DNA of 64,000 bases from an uncultured delta proteobacterium (GCA_963806225.1 CAWDXG010000001.1:1600001-1664000); one strand, 5' to 3'; shown: positions 43,484 through 53,908, numbered from the stretch's first letter. A program made the numbers and translations. The notes: a model not told the origin generated them from the letters alone.

Positions 43484-45250
43484 ATGTCAGTCCCCGGAGC
43501 AACAGCGCAGGTCCCCGACAGCCCGCAACCCCGGCGTAGCCGCCGCCGGATCGTCGCGGCGTTCATCCTGGCGCTGGCCTCGGCCGTAGTGGTGGCCGGC
43601 TGCGCTGCAGGCCCCGAACCGTACATGGACGAGCCAGTGGGCGTCGCCACCGAGCCGATCACCGGTTCCGATGCTGTCAGCCGCGCCATGCAGTGGGTCC
43701 ACGCCAAGCTCCTATACTGCCAGTCGCCGAACCACATGCCCGACTACGACTCGGCATGCTCGTCGACCTGCAACCGCCACAACAACAAGTCCTGGGACCC
43801 GTATCGCTCGGATTGCTCGGGCCTGATCTCGTGGTCCTGGAAGCTGCCGCCGCCCGGCTACACGACGCTGGGCTTCGCGCCCTTCAGCAGCGCGATCTCG
43901 CACACCATCTCGGCCATCGATCTGCAGCCGGGGGATGCGGTCAACAATTCCGGGCACGTGATGCTGTTCAAGCACTGGGTGACGAAGGGCAAGCGCGCGG
44001 TGTTCATCGAGGAACCGGGCTGCTCGGTGTATCCGAACTACGCCCACCAGTTCACGGCGGATGTCACTATCAAGCCGGCGCACGAATGGTGTTCGCATTC
44101 CTCCGCTTGCATCCACGTTTCGGGTAGCGAGACGTTCGACGCCATCCGCTACAACAAGAAGACGGCCGAGAAGACGGACAAGGCGAAGGCGGTCCGCAAG
44201 TGGAGCAACGCGCGTCGCTACCACGGCAAGCAGGCGGACTATCTGGCGTGCACGGGTGACCAGGTGAGGTTTGCGTTCACGTTCAAGAACGTGGGCACAG
44301 CGACCTGGCGCGACGTGAAGGGGCGCGGCAAGAGTGTAGGCAGCGACGTGTTTCTGGTCACCACGAACGGCAAGAAGGACCCGCTCACGCACCACAAGCG
44401 CTACAGCATCCGCTGGAACAAGAACCACCACGTGCGTGGCGACCGCAAGGCGCCGAACTGCAGCAACAAGAACGGCTGCCGCAAGACGACGTTCATCCGC
44501 CACGGCATGCTGGGCCGGGCGCCGAAGAAGCCGGGCATCTACCGCTCTCGCTGGCGCCTGCGCGACTACAGCAAGGCGTGGGGCAAGCACTCGAACGGTT
44601 TCGGCCCGAAGGTGCAGATCAAGCTCAAGGTCATCAAGTGCGAGCAGGCAACGTGCGGCTGCCAGGTCTGGTGCAGCGACGGCAAGAGCCACAGGCTGTC
44701 GTCGAGCATCCAGAGCGACGCACAGTGCAAGACGGCGGCGGCCAACTACTGCCGTCCCGGGCAGGGCCAGGGCTCGCTCTACCTGTACAGCTACCAGGTC
44801 TGCCAGGTCGCGGGCAACGCGCCTCAGGGCGGGGCCGGAGGATCCACCAGCACGGCGTCGGACAGCAGCGGCGGCGCCAGCGCGTCGTCGAGCGGCGGAG
44901 CGGGCGGTTCGTCCGGCGGCGGCGCTGCGACCCCCTACGGCGGCAGCGCGGGTGCCGGCGGTGCCGGAAGCAGCGCTGACCCGTGGGACGTGGGCGGCCC
45001 GGACGACGCGAACAGCATTCCGATCGTCGACAACGGCGACGACTCGGCGGTGCAGGACGACCCCGGCTTCAGCGACGACGGCTTCAACGGCGATGCCGAC
45101 TCCACCGGCGACGTGCCTCCTCCGGGTTGCTCCGTCGGCGCCGTGGGCGGGCACCGCGGCACGCCGCCCGCAGCCGGTGCGTTGCTGCTCCTGGCCGCGA
45201 TGGCCGAGACCCGCCGGCGGTCGCGCCGCCGGCGCGCGAAGGCGGAGTGA
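43484..45250 (+). CDS. Paralog 3: lipoprotein with NlpC/P60-like domain, NBR1/FW-like Ig domain, Cys-rich domain and MYXO-CTERM
   Basis: Lipobox VVAGC; YRSDCSGLISWSW, LQPGDAV and GHVMLF (Cys/His dyad); shared chassis; GCSV..TM..RRRSRRRR. Confidence 0.87.
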   Translation: MSVPGATAQVPDSPQPRRSRRRIVAAFILALASAVVVAGCAAGPEPYMDEPVGVATEPITGSDAVSRAMQWVHAKLLYCQSPNHMPDYDSACSSTCNRHNNKSWDPYRSDCSGLISWSWKLPPPGYTTLGFAPFSSAISHTISAIDLQPGDAVNNSGHVMLFKHWVTKGKRAVFIEEPGCSVYPNYAHQFTADVTIKPAHEWCSHSSACIHVSGSETFDAIRYNKKTAEKTDKAKAVRKWSNARRYHGKQADYLACTGDQVRFAFTFKNVGTATWRDVKGRGKSVGSDVFLVTTNGKKDPLTHHKRYSIRWNKNHHVRGDRKAPNCSNKNGCRKTTFIRHGMLGRAPKKPGIYRSRWRLRDYSKAWGKHSNGFGPKVQIKLKVIKCEQATCGCQVWCSDGKSHRLSSSIQSDAQCKTAAANYCRPGQGQGSLYLYSYQVCQVAGNAPQGGAGGSTSTASDSSGGASASSSGGAGGSSGGGAATPYGGSAGAGGAGSSADPWDVGGPDDANSIPIVDNGDDSAVQDDPGFSDDGFNGDADSTGDVPPPGCSVGAVGGHRGTPPAAGALLLLAAMAETRRRSRRRRAKAE

Positions 45251-45254
45251 CGCA

Positions 45255-46355
45255 CTACCTCGGGGTGAGCTTCATGATCGTGCCGTCGTTCGAGTTCGCC
45301 CAGTACACGCTGGTGGCGTCGACTGCGATGCCCGTCGGGTGGTCCACACCCGAGACGAGGGTGGTGACTGCTCCACCGGAGATCGAGACCTTCATCACGG
45401 TGCCTCCCGCCTGATCCGTCCAGTAGACCTGCGTGGCGCCGACGGCGATGTTCACGGGCTCGTCCTGCTTCGACGCGATGGTACTGGGCGCGCCTCCCGT
45501 GAAGTCGGCTCGCATCACCGTCCCCGAGCCGCCGTTCACCCAGAAGACGGCGGTATCTCCGACAGCGATGTCGAGCGGCTGGTCCTGCGCCGAGGCGAGC
45601 ACGGAAGGCAGCTCTCCTGTGCCGACTCCGGCGGTCGAGATACCCATCACGCCGCCGCCGTTCGTCACCTTGGGATCGAGCGTGCCGTGGTTCGTCCAGT
45701 AGACATCCGTGTCGTTGACGCCGACATAGATGGGTTGGTCCTGTCCCGACTGGACAGTCGTCGGCGAGCCGCCAGTGGCTGGCAGCCTCATCACCGTGCC
45801 ATCGCCGTAGTTCGTCCAGTAGACCATGCTGTTGCGGACGGCGATCCCGTCGGGCTGCTTCTGTGCCGACGCGAGCGTAGTGGGCGACCCACCGGCAATC
45901 GGGATCTTCATCACGGTGCCCGCGGCCTGATCGGTCCAGTACGCGTTGTCCGCGTCCAGCGCGATGTCGAACGGCTGGCCCAATCCCGACGCGAGCGTGG
46001 TGGGCGCCCCCCCGTCGATCGGCATGCTGACGACGCTGCCGGGCGGTGCGAAGTTGGTCCAGTAGACGCGGCTGCCCCGAACAGCCACGTTGAGCGGTCG
46101 GTTCTGTCCGGAGGCGAGGGTCACGACGCAGCGGCCTCCGGTGCAGGTTCCGCTGCAGCAGAGCCCGCCGCACATGGGCTCGCCGCCGTCGCACGTGCAG
46201 GAAGCGACCTCGCAGGTCGTGCTGTCCGCGACGGCATCTGCGCTCGCGTCGCGATCGGCCCCGACGTGGAAGCCGTCACCGAGCAGGCTTGTACACCCCG
46301 ACAGCGCGAGCGTCACGGCGGCGACGAGCAGCGTACCCGCGCGGCGTCCGGCCAT
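45255..46355 (-). CDS. Lipoprotein with Cys-rich segment and beta-propeller of VYWT repeats (DUF5050/LDL-receptor class B-like)
   Basis: Lipobox LSGC; about seven repeats of LASxQxxPxxIAVxxxxVYWT; ATG overlaps the upstream stop (TGATG). Confidence 0.85.
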   Translation of the reverse strand: MAGRRAGTLLVAAVTLALSGCTSLLGDGFHVGADRDASADAVADSTTCEVASCTCDGGEPMCGGLCCSGTCTGGRCVVTLASGQNRPLNVAVRGSRVYWTNFAPPGSVVSMPIDGGAPTTLASGLGQPFDIALDADNAYWTDQAAGTVMKIPIAGGSPTTLASAQKQPDGIAVRNSMVYWTNYGDGTVMRLPATGGSPTTVQSGQDQPIYVGVNDTDVYWTNHGTLDPKVTNGGGVMGISTAGVGTGELPSVLASAQDQPLDIAVGDTAVFWVNGGSGTVMRADFTGGAPSTIASKQDEPVNIAVGATQVYWTDQAGGTVMKVSISGGAVTTLVSGVDHPTGIAVDATSVYWANSNDGTIMKLTPR

Positions 46356-47351
46356 CAGAAGCGGCCTTTCGCGCCCAGCGTGCCCAGGCCGACGCAGGGT
46401 GCGACGTAGCCAGTGTCCGTCTTCTCCGGGGTGGTCAGGAGCAGCGCCATTCCTGCCCCGTATCCAACCGCAGCGACGATGAAACCGGCGGTCGAGATCG
46501 TGCCCGCGGTGCGATACGAGTCGAGCCGGGAGCTCTGGTCGGGTGGGCACGTGCCGCCCGGGCACGCCTTCCCGAGCTGGGCATGCTTGCTGATCGCCAC
46601 TGCGCCTTCGATGCTGCCGACGATCAGAGCTGCGGTGCCCACGCCGAGGGCGGTGAAGCCCGCTGTTCTGTGCCAGGCGCTCCGCTTTCCGCTGCCGGAC
46701 ACGACGGCGCGCGTCGGCGCGAGCGTCACGCTCCGGGCCTGACCTTCGGCAATGCTGAATCTGGAATCGAGGGGCTCGTAGCCCGCCGAACGTCACGTGG
46801 ACGAGATGCACGCCCGGGTCGACCGCACGTCGCACGCCGAGCTCGGGCCCCGGCAACCGGGTGCCGTCGATCGTGACTGTCGGATCGCGCGGTCCCACGA
46901 CCTTGATCGTGGCCCAGCAGAGGCGCGGCGCGAGTACGGCGACCTCCTTCTTCGCGTCTTCGAGGGCCTGCCTGAACACCGGAGGCGAGCCGGGCGCTAC
47001 GCCCGTCCGGATGATCCGCTGGTAGGTCTCCTGCGCCTCGACCAACTTGCCGAGGCCGACCTCGGCCCGGGCGATGCGCAGAGCCAGGGTAGGGGCCGGG
47101 ACCAGCTCGTTGGCCCGGGTAAAGCGGTCGAGCGCGCCCTGGTAGTCCTTGCGATCGAGCGCGCGCTGTCCCGCGTAGGCCAGCGCACGGGCCGTCGCGC
47201 GGTCCGCCGCGCCCGGTTGCCGGGCGGAGGCCACCGGCGCGACGCCGAGAACCGCCGCCAGGAGCGCGACGAGCGCCGGGACCTGCGGCCCGCGGGGCCT
47301 CGCAGTCACACGGCGCGGCCTGCCGCGCAGAGTCAGCGCATCCGTCGACAT
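46355..47351 (-). CDS. Exported TPR + PEGA-like protein; +1 frameshift near 46789
   Basis: DRATARALAY...APTLALRIARA TPR, then VTIDG...VDPGVH; the next frame gives ...TAGFTALGVG...LGAKGRF. Confidence 0.8.
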
Positions 47352-47414
47352 CCCTCATGACCCTATCACCGCTTTGTAGGTTGCCGGGCGGTCCGCGGCA
47401 TCCCGCGGGCGGTT

Positions 47415-49049
47415 CTAGATGCCGAAGTCGGGCATGCCGCCGGGTCGCTTGACTTTCGGTCGAGGCCTCGGCCTGGGCGCGACGTGGGGGCGCACGCTGC
47501 TCGGTCGCGCTTGCGGCACAGCACCCTCGCCGTCGGTGGCTGTCGGACTGGCGGGCGCTGGCGCAGCGCTGGCGGTCGCGCTGGAGCGGATCGGTGGAGG
47601 ACCGCCCTTCCGCGACATCGACTCCACTGGCGCAGCGGGGGCGCTCGGCGCGGGAGCAAGCCCCGACGCACCTGACGCCGTTGCAGGTGCCTCTCGGCCG
47701 TTCTGCAGCAGCACCACCAGCAGCACGACCAGCGCGGCGATCACAAGCGCGCTGGCTATCGCAACGCGGCTCGCGAGCGCACCGCGCCGAGGAGAGGCTT
47801 CAGGCGGGACGACACCGGTCCGTGCAGGTTCGTAGGATGCCGGCGTTCCCGGCTGGATGGTCGCCGAGAGCGTGCCGTCGCCCACCGGCGCGTGGAACGT
47901 GGCCGACGCCGTCTGATCGCCCACCGGCGCGTGGAACGTGGCCGACGCCGTCTGATCGCCCACCGGCGCGTGGAACGTGGCCGACGCCTTGCGAGCGCTC
48001 GCAGGCGGCGCGGGTCGCTCTGTAGCCGTCCGTCCCGGGGGAGCGGCCGGGGACTCGATGGCAGCCAGCATCGCTGCCCGCTCGGACAGCGTGGTGGCGG
48101 CCATCGCCGTCACCCACTCGCCGACCTCCAGCGACGAGGCCATCCCACCGAGGTCGTCGATCGCCTCCGCCATCTCGAGCGCGGTCGAGAACCGCTTGCG
48201 GGGATCTCTCGCCAGACCCCGCATCACGAGCCGCTCCAGCTGCTTCGGCACGCCTGGTTCGATGCGGCTCGGGAGCGGCACCTGGCCTTCAAGAATCTGC
48301 CGGGCCATCTCGGTGTCGTCACCGCTGAAGAGCCGGGCCCCCGTCAGCGCTTCCCACAGCACGACGGACGCGCCGTACACGTCGGTACGCGGGGTGACCT
48401 CGCCGCCGCCGAGTTGCTCCGGCGCGATGTATCCGAACTTGCCCTTGACGTGGCCGACCTGCGTGCGCGCGAGCCGGCCGACTGCTTTGGCGATGCCGAA
48501 GTCGAGCACGCGCGGACTGCCGTCGACTCCGACCAGGATGTTCTGGGGCGACACGTCACGGTGGACCACATGCAAAGGCTCGCCCGTCTCACTCCGGGCT
48601 TCGTGCGCTGCGTGCAGTCCCTGCAGCGTGCCGTACATCACGGCCATCACGATCTCGCGCGGCGCGAGCGCGCCCCGCGTCGATACTTCCCACAGCAGCT
48701 TCGCCAGCGAGTCTCCCTCCACGTAGTCCATGACCAGGAACAGCTCGTTGCCGTCCTGAACAACGTCGAGAAGCGAGACGACGTTGGGGTGCCGGATGCG
48801 CGCGGCGATCCGGGCCTCGTCACGGAACATCGCGAGGAACTCCGGGTCGTCACCGAAATGGGGCAGGAGCCGCTTGATGGCTACGATGCGCGCGAACCCG
48901 ATCGCCCCGACCAGCTGGGCGAGGTGCACCCTGGCCATGCCCCCGGCGGCAATCTCGTTGAAGAGCAGGTATCGGCCGACCTTCCGCGGACCCTCCGCCG
49001 GAGTCACTCCGGCCGGTCCACCAGGGCGTCTCGAGTTCTGCCGGCTCAT
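47415..49049 (-). CDS. Membrane Ser/Thr protein kinase
   Basis: IAAGGMARV, AIK, HRDVSPQN, DFG, GKFGYIAPE; one TM; short Pro/Ala-rich extracytoplasmic tail ending DFGI. Confidence 0.95.
   Translation of the reverse strand: MSRQNSRRPGGPAGVTPAEGPRKVGRYLLFNEIAAGGMARVHLAQLVGAIGFARIVAIKRLLPHFGDDPEFLAMFRDEARIAARIRHPNVVSLLDVVQDGNELFLVMDYVEGDSLAKLLWEVSTRGALAPREIVMAVMYGTLQGLHAAHEARSETGEPLHVVHRDVSPQNILVGVDGSPRVLDFGIAKAVGRLARTQVGHVKGKFGYIAPEQLGGGEVTPRTDVYGASVVLWEALTGARLFSGDDTEMARQILEGQVPLPSRIEPGVPKQLERLVMRGLARDPRKRFSTALEMAEAIDDLGGMASSLEVGEWVTAMAATTLSERAAMLAAIESPAAPPGRTATERPAPPASARKASATFHAPVGDQTASATFHAPVGDQTASATFHAPVGDGTLSATIQPGTPASYEPARTGVVPPEASPRRGALASRVAIASALVIAALVVLLVVLLQNGREAPATASGASGLAPAPSAPAAPVESMSRKGGPPPIRSSATASAAPAPASPTATDGEGAVPQARPSSVRPHVAPRPRPRPKVKRPGGMPDFGI
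47878..47988 (-). repeat. 39-bp tandem repeat (about 2.8 copies) encoding ASATFHAPVGDQT
   Basis: cccaccggcgcgtggaacgtggccgacgccgtctgatcg at 47881 and 47920, with a partial copy at 47959. Confidence 0.92.
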
Positions 49050-49112
49050 CGAACTCCATCAAGGATGACACGAGGTTGCCAGCGGTGAACACCGAGCGCC
49101 CCGCCTGTGCGT

Positions 49113-49127
49113 GACATGTCCTGACAG
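49113..49127. promoter_or_regulatory. Putative upstream activator sequence 3
   Basis: GACATGTCCTGACAG; 121 bp before the sigma54 GG at 49234. Confidence 0.7.
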
Positions 49128-49232
49128 GTCGATCGATGAAAACATCAAGAAAGCCGCCGGGATGGCGCGCGCCGGGTGTTTTCGCGAGCCTCCTTTCGGC
49201 GTAGACTGTGGCTGTAGTCTGCGGCGTGAGGA

Positions 49233-49248
49233 AGGCACGGCTCCTGCA
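49233..49248 (+). promoter_or_regulatory. Sigma54 -24/-12 promoter
   Basis: AGGCACGGCTCCTGCA: GGCAC...TGCA with GG-N10-GC; GAGG RBS before ATG 49268. Confidence 0.75.
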
Positions 49249-49267
49249 TCGTGGGCGCTGAGGTTTC

Positions 49268-50527
49268 ATGGTCTTTGTTCGTGCGAGAACCCATCTACCC
49301 ACGAGGCACACCAGGGTCCCGCTGCTGCTCCTGGGCGGTGCGCTCGCCGGCGTGCTCTGCGCGGGCTGCGGGGCGCCCCCGGGCGGCGGCGCGGACGACA
49401 GCATTGGCGTCCAGAGCCAGCCGGCCACGAGCAGCGACAGTACCGTCCATTCGCGGGCGGTCAGGAAGTGGAGCAACGCAGTCAAGTATCACGGGAAGCA
49501 GAAGGCGGACTATCTCGCCTGCGCGGGCGACAGGTTGAGGTTGGCGTTCACCTTCGAGAACCTCGGCAGCGCGCTGTGGCGTGACGTGAACGGTCGCGGC
49601 GACTCCGTGGGAAGCGACGTGTTCCTCGTGACCGCCAGCGGCAAGACGGATCGGATCACGGGGCACAAGCACTACAGCATCAGGTACAACCGGAACCATC
49701 GCGTGCGCGGCGATCGCAACGCGAAGAACTGCAGCAAGCAGGACGGCTGCCGCAGGACCACGTTCACGAAGGGGGGGATGGTGGGCCAGGCGCCCTGGAA
49801 CCCGGGCACGTACCACTCCCGCTGGCGCCTGCGCGACTACAGCTCGCACTGGGGCACGCACTCCGAGGGGTTCGGCCACAAGGTGGACATCAGCTTCGAG
49901 GTCGTCGACTGCTCGGAGTGCGGCTGCAGCGTGGCGTGCAGCAGCGGTGGAGACGGCAAGAGCCACGTCGTGCCCGACATCCAGACCGACGCCCAGTGCC
50001 AGGCGGCGGCTGCGGCCTACTGCGTCAAGGGCAACGGCTCGCTGTTCGTCTACAACTTCAAGTTGTGCCCACCGCACACACAGCCCGGGAGCGACGGCCC
50101 CATCGGTACCGAGCCTCCGGGCGGCAGCGGGGGATCCAGCAGCGGGAGCGGCGGCAGCGGCTACGGCGGCAGCGGCTACGGCGGCAGCGGCTACGGCGGC
50201 AGCGGCTACGGCGGCAGTGGCTACGGCGGCAGCGGCGCGGGCGGCGCGGGCGGCGCGGGTTACGAGCCGGGCAGCGACGAAGATCCGAACGGATACGACA
50301 TCATCGACGACGGCAACGATTCGCAGGTGCAGGACGACCCCGGTTTCAGTGACGATGGGTTCAACGGCGACGCTGATTTCTCGCGCGGAAGCACCGTTGC
50401 TGCCACGGGCTGCGCCGTCGCTGGACCGCAGCGCGGTGACACGTCGCCCGGCGCCGGGCTCTTCTTGTTGCTGACGCTGGTGGAGATCCGGCGCCGCGCG
50501 GGGCGGCAGCCGGCGGAGCGTGGATGA
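49268..50527 (+). CDS. Paralog 4: chassis-only lipoprotein (NBR1/FW-like Ig, Cys-rich domain, MYXO-CTERM; no catalytic head)
   Basis: Lipobox CAGC followed almost directly by KWSNAVKYHGKQKADYLAC; DDPGFSDDGFNGDAD; GCAVAG..TM..RRR. Confidence 0.85.
   Translation: MVFVRARTHLPTRHTRVPLLLLGGALAGVLCAGCGAPPGGGADDSIGVQSQPATSSDSTVHSRAVRKWSNAVKYHGKQKADYLACAGDRLRLAFTFENLGSALWRDVNGRGDSVGSDVFLVTASGKTDRITGHKHYSIRYNRNHRVRGDRNAKNCSKQDGCRRTTFTKGGMVGQAPWNPGTYHSRWRLRDYSSHWGTHSEGFGHKVDISFEVVDCSECGCSVACSSGGDGKSHVVPDIQTDAQCQAAAAAYCVKGNGSLFVYNFKLCPPHTQPGSDGPIGTEPPGGSGGSSSGSGGSGYGGSGYGGSGYGGSGYGGSGYGGSGAGGAGGAGYEPGSDEDPNGYDIIDDGNDSQVQDDPGFSDDGFNGDADFSRGSTVAATGCAVAGPQRGDTSPGAGLFLLLTLVEIRRRAGRQPAERG
50150..50236 (+). 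repeat. 15-bp tandem repeat x5 encoding GGSGY
   Basis: ggcggcagcggctac repeated five times (one agt variant), plus a partial copy. Confidence 0.9.
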
Positions 50528-50573
50528 TGCCGGCCGTTCTGGAGTGCGCCTCGGGTCTGGAGTGGAGGTTGTA

Positions 50574-51158
50574 ATGCGGATGGGTCTGTCGATGCGTGTT
50601 GTGGTGCTGTTCGCCTGTGTGGCTGCTGCAGGATGCGGGAGCGGGAAAGCCGCGGCGGACGACGGCGGCAGCAGCAACGACGGCGGGCTGCCGATCGATG
50701 ACGCCGCCTGGGAGGAGCCCCCGCCGTCGCCGGGCACCTGCCACCGGATGTGCTGCAGCGACAGTGACTGCAACCTGGGCGAGACTTGCGTCGCGTTCGA
50801 CTCGACTACCGGCACGCTGGGCGTGTGCATCGGCCCCGGCACGCAGAGCGACAGCGGCACGCAGAGCGACAGCGGCACGCAGAGCGACAGCGGCGCGCAG
50901 AGCGACGCCGGCGCGCCGCCGCCCATCGACGCTGGCAGCTTCGACCAGGCGTGCTGGTCGCTCAAGGCGACGTGCAATCCGCTCGACGAGAACAGCTGCG
51001 CCGCGGGCGCGGCCTGCGACGTGAGCGGGCTAGGCCCAGGCAGCCAGGGAGAAGTGGACTGCGCCTACGGCCAGAACGTCCAGGGCGCGCTCCAGACCTG
51101 CGACGGCACCGGCGGGCCGTTCTGCATACCCGGTTACCACTGCGTGCCGGACAACTGA
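50574..51158 (+). CDS. Small Cys-rich lipoprotein
   Basis: Lipobox AAGC; about 13 Cys after the lipobox; CNPL...C...ACD pattern. Confidence 0.75.
   Translation: MRMGLSMRVVVLFACVAAAGCGSGKAAADDGGSSNDGGLPIDDAAWEEPPPSPGTCHRMCCSDSDCNLGETCVAFDSTTGTLGVCIGPGTQSDSGTQSDSGTQSDSGAQSDAGAPPPIDAGSFDQACWSLKATCNPLDENSCAAGAACDVSGLGPGSQGEVDCAYGQNVQGALQTCDGTGGPFCIPGYHCVPDN
50838..50909 (+). repeat. 18-bp tandem repeat x4 encoding GTQSDS
   Basis: ggcacgcagagcgacagc three times plus one degenerate copy. Confidence 0.9.
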
Positions 51159-51346
51159 CCGGGCAGGCCCGAGGGCCCGGGGACGCCGCCAGACTGCTGC
51201 AGCGCTGTGGCGCCGCGATCCTGCTGGAACTCGCCTGATTCCAGGCTACTATCCCCGGTGCTCTGGCGCTCTGAAGACAGGCGCTCTAGCCTTACCGCGT
51301 GTTGTGCCGGGTCCCCGTCCGGCAGGCCGTCGCTTTGTCGAACTGG

Positions 51347-52785
<1,439 letters not shown>

Positions 52786-52823
52786 CCCGCCGCGCCGGTT
52801 TGTGGGCAAGATGACCGGCAGTC

Positions 52824-53890
52824 ATGGCGGCCGAAAAGCCCGGAAGGAACCGAAAGACCAGCCGACATCGAACCCAGCCCCCCTGGGCGGGGCTCGATGA
52901 CGAGCAGTTGCTCGAGCTGCGCTTCTGCGATCTGAAGCTCGAGATCAAGGGAACGCTGCTGGAGCGGCGGATCGAGAAGCTCTACGACGAGCTGGTCGAC
53001 CGTGGCATCGAGTTCCGTCCGCATTGTTGGCTGTCGACCGAGTGGTTCTCGCCGGACGGCGTGCCCGGCATTGCCATCCCGTTCTATCTTGCCCATCCGC
53101 GCCTGATGAAGCTTGAAGAGAGCCAGGTTCTGGAAGTGGAGGGGGGCACGCCCCGCTGGTGCATGCAGCTACTCCGGCACGAGTCGGCGCACGCGCTCGA
53201 TTCCGCTTTCCGGCTGCACTACAAGCGGACCTGGCGGGAGGTGTTCGGCCGCTACTCCGACCCGTATGCCAAGTTCTACACGCCCAAGCCCTACAGCAAG
53301 AGCTACGTCCTGCATCTCGACTACTGGTACGCGCAGAGCCACCCGGCGGAGGACTGGGCGGAGACGTTTGCGGTCTGGCTCGACCCGCACTCGCGCTGGA
53401 GGAAGCGCTATCGCGGCTGGAGCGCGCTCAAGAAGCTCCAGTACGTCGACCGTCTGATGCAGGACGTTGCGGGCCGGAAGCCCGTGGTCAGCGACGCGCG
53501 AGCGCGTCGAGTCGCTGCCGCGCCTGAAGACCACGCTGCGCGAGCACTATGCCCGCAAGAAGCAGCGCTACGGGCTCGACTATCCGAGCTTCTACGACCG
53601 CGATCTGAGGCGGCTGTTTCCGCTACTGCCCGAGGGGCAGAAGGGTCGTTCCGCGGCGGCCTACCTCAGGCGCGTGCGGCCCGAGATCCGACGCGCCGTA
53701 GCGCGCTGGACCGGCGAATACCAGTACACCATCGACCAGGTGCTCGCCGAGATGATCGAACGCTGCGAGAAACTCGATCTGAGGGTCGATCCGCGACGAA
53801 GCCGAGGTGAAGCAGGACGCCATGATGCTGCTCACCGTCCAGACCATGAACTACCTCCACGGCGGACATCATCGCCTGGTGAGGTCCTAG
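52824..53890 (+). CDS. Putative zinc-binding (zincin) metallopeptidase; +1 frameshifts near 53492 and 53790
   Basis: HESAH (HExxH) and YAQSHPAEDWAETF; the reconstructed C-terminus ends TVQTMNYLHGGHHRLVRS. Confidence 0.8.
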
Positions 53891-53908
53891 CCGCGGGGCG
53901 CGGGGACG

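Noticed and set aside
45255..47351. Apparent 698-aa TPR/PEGA-propeller fusion
   Set aside because: A frameshift near 46789 explains it; the propeller gene has its own lipoprotein signal and a TGATG overlap at 46355.
47878..47988. Possible CRISPR-like repeat
   Set aside because: The repeats are contiguous with no spacers, are in frame within a kinase, and there are no cas genes nearby.
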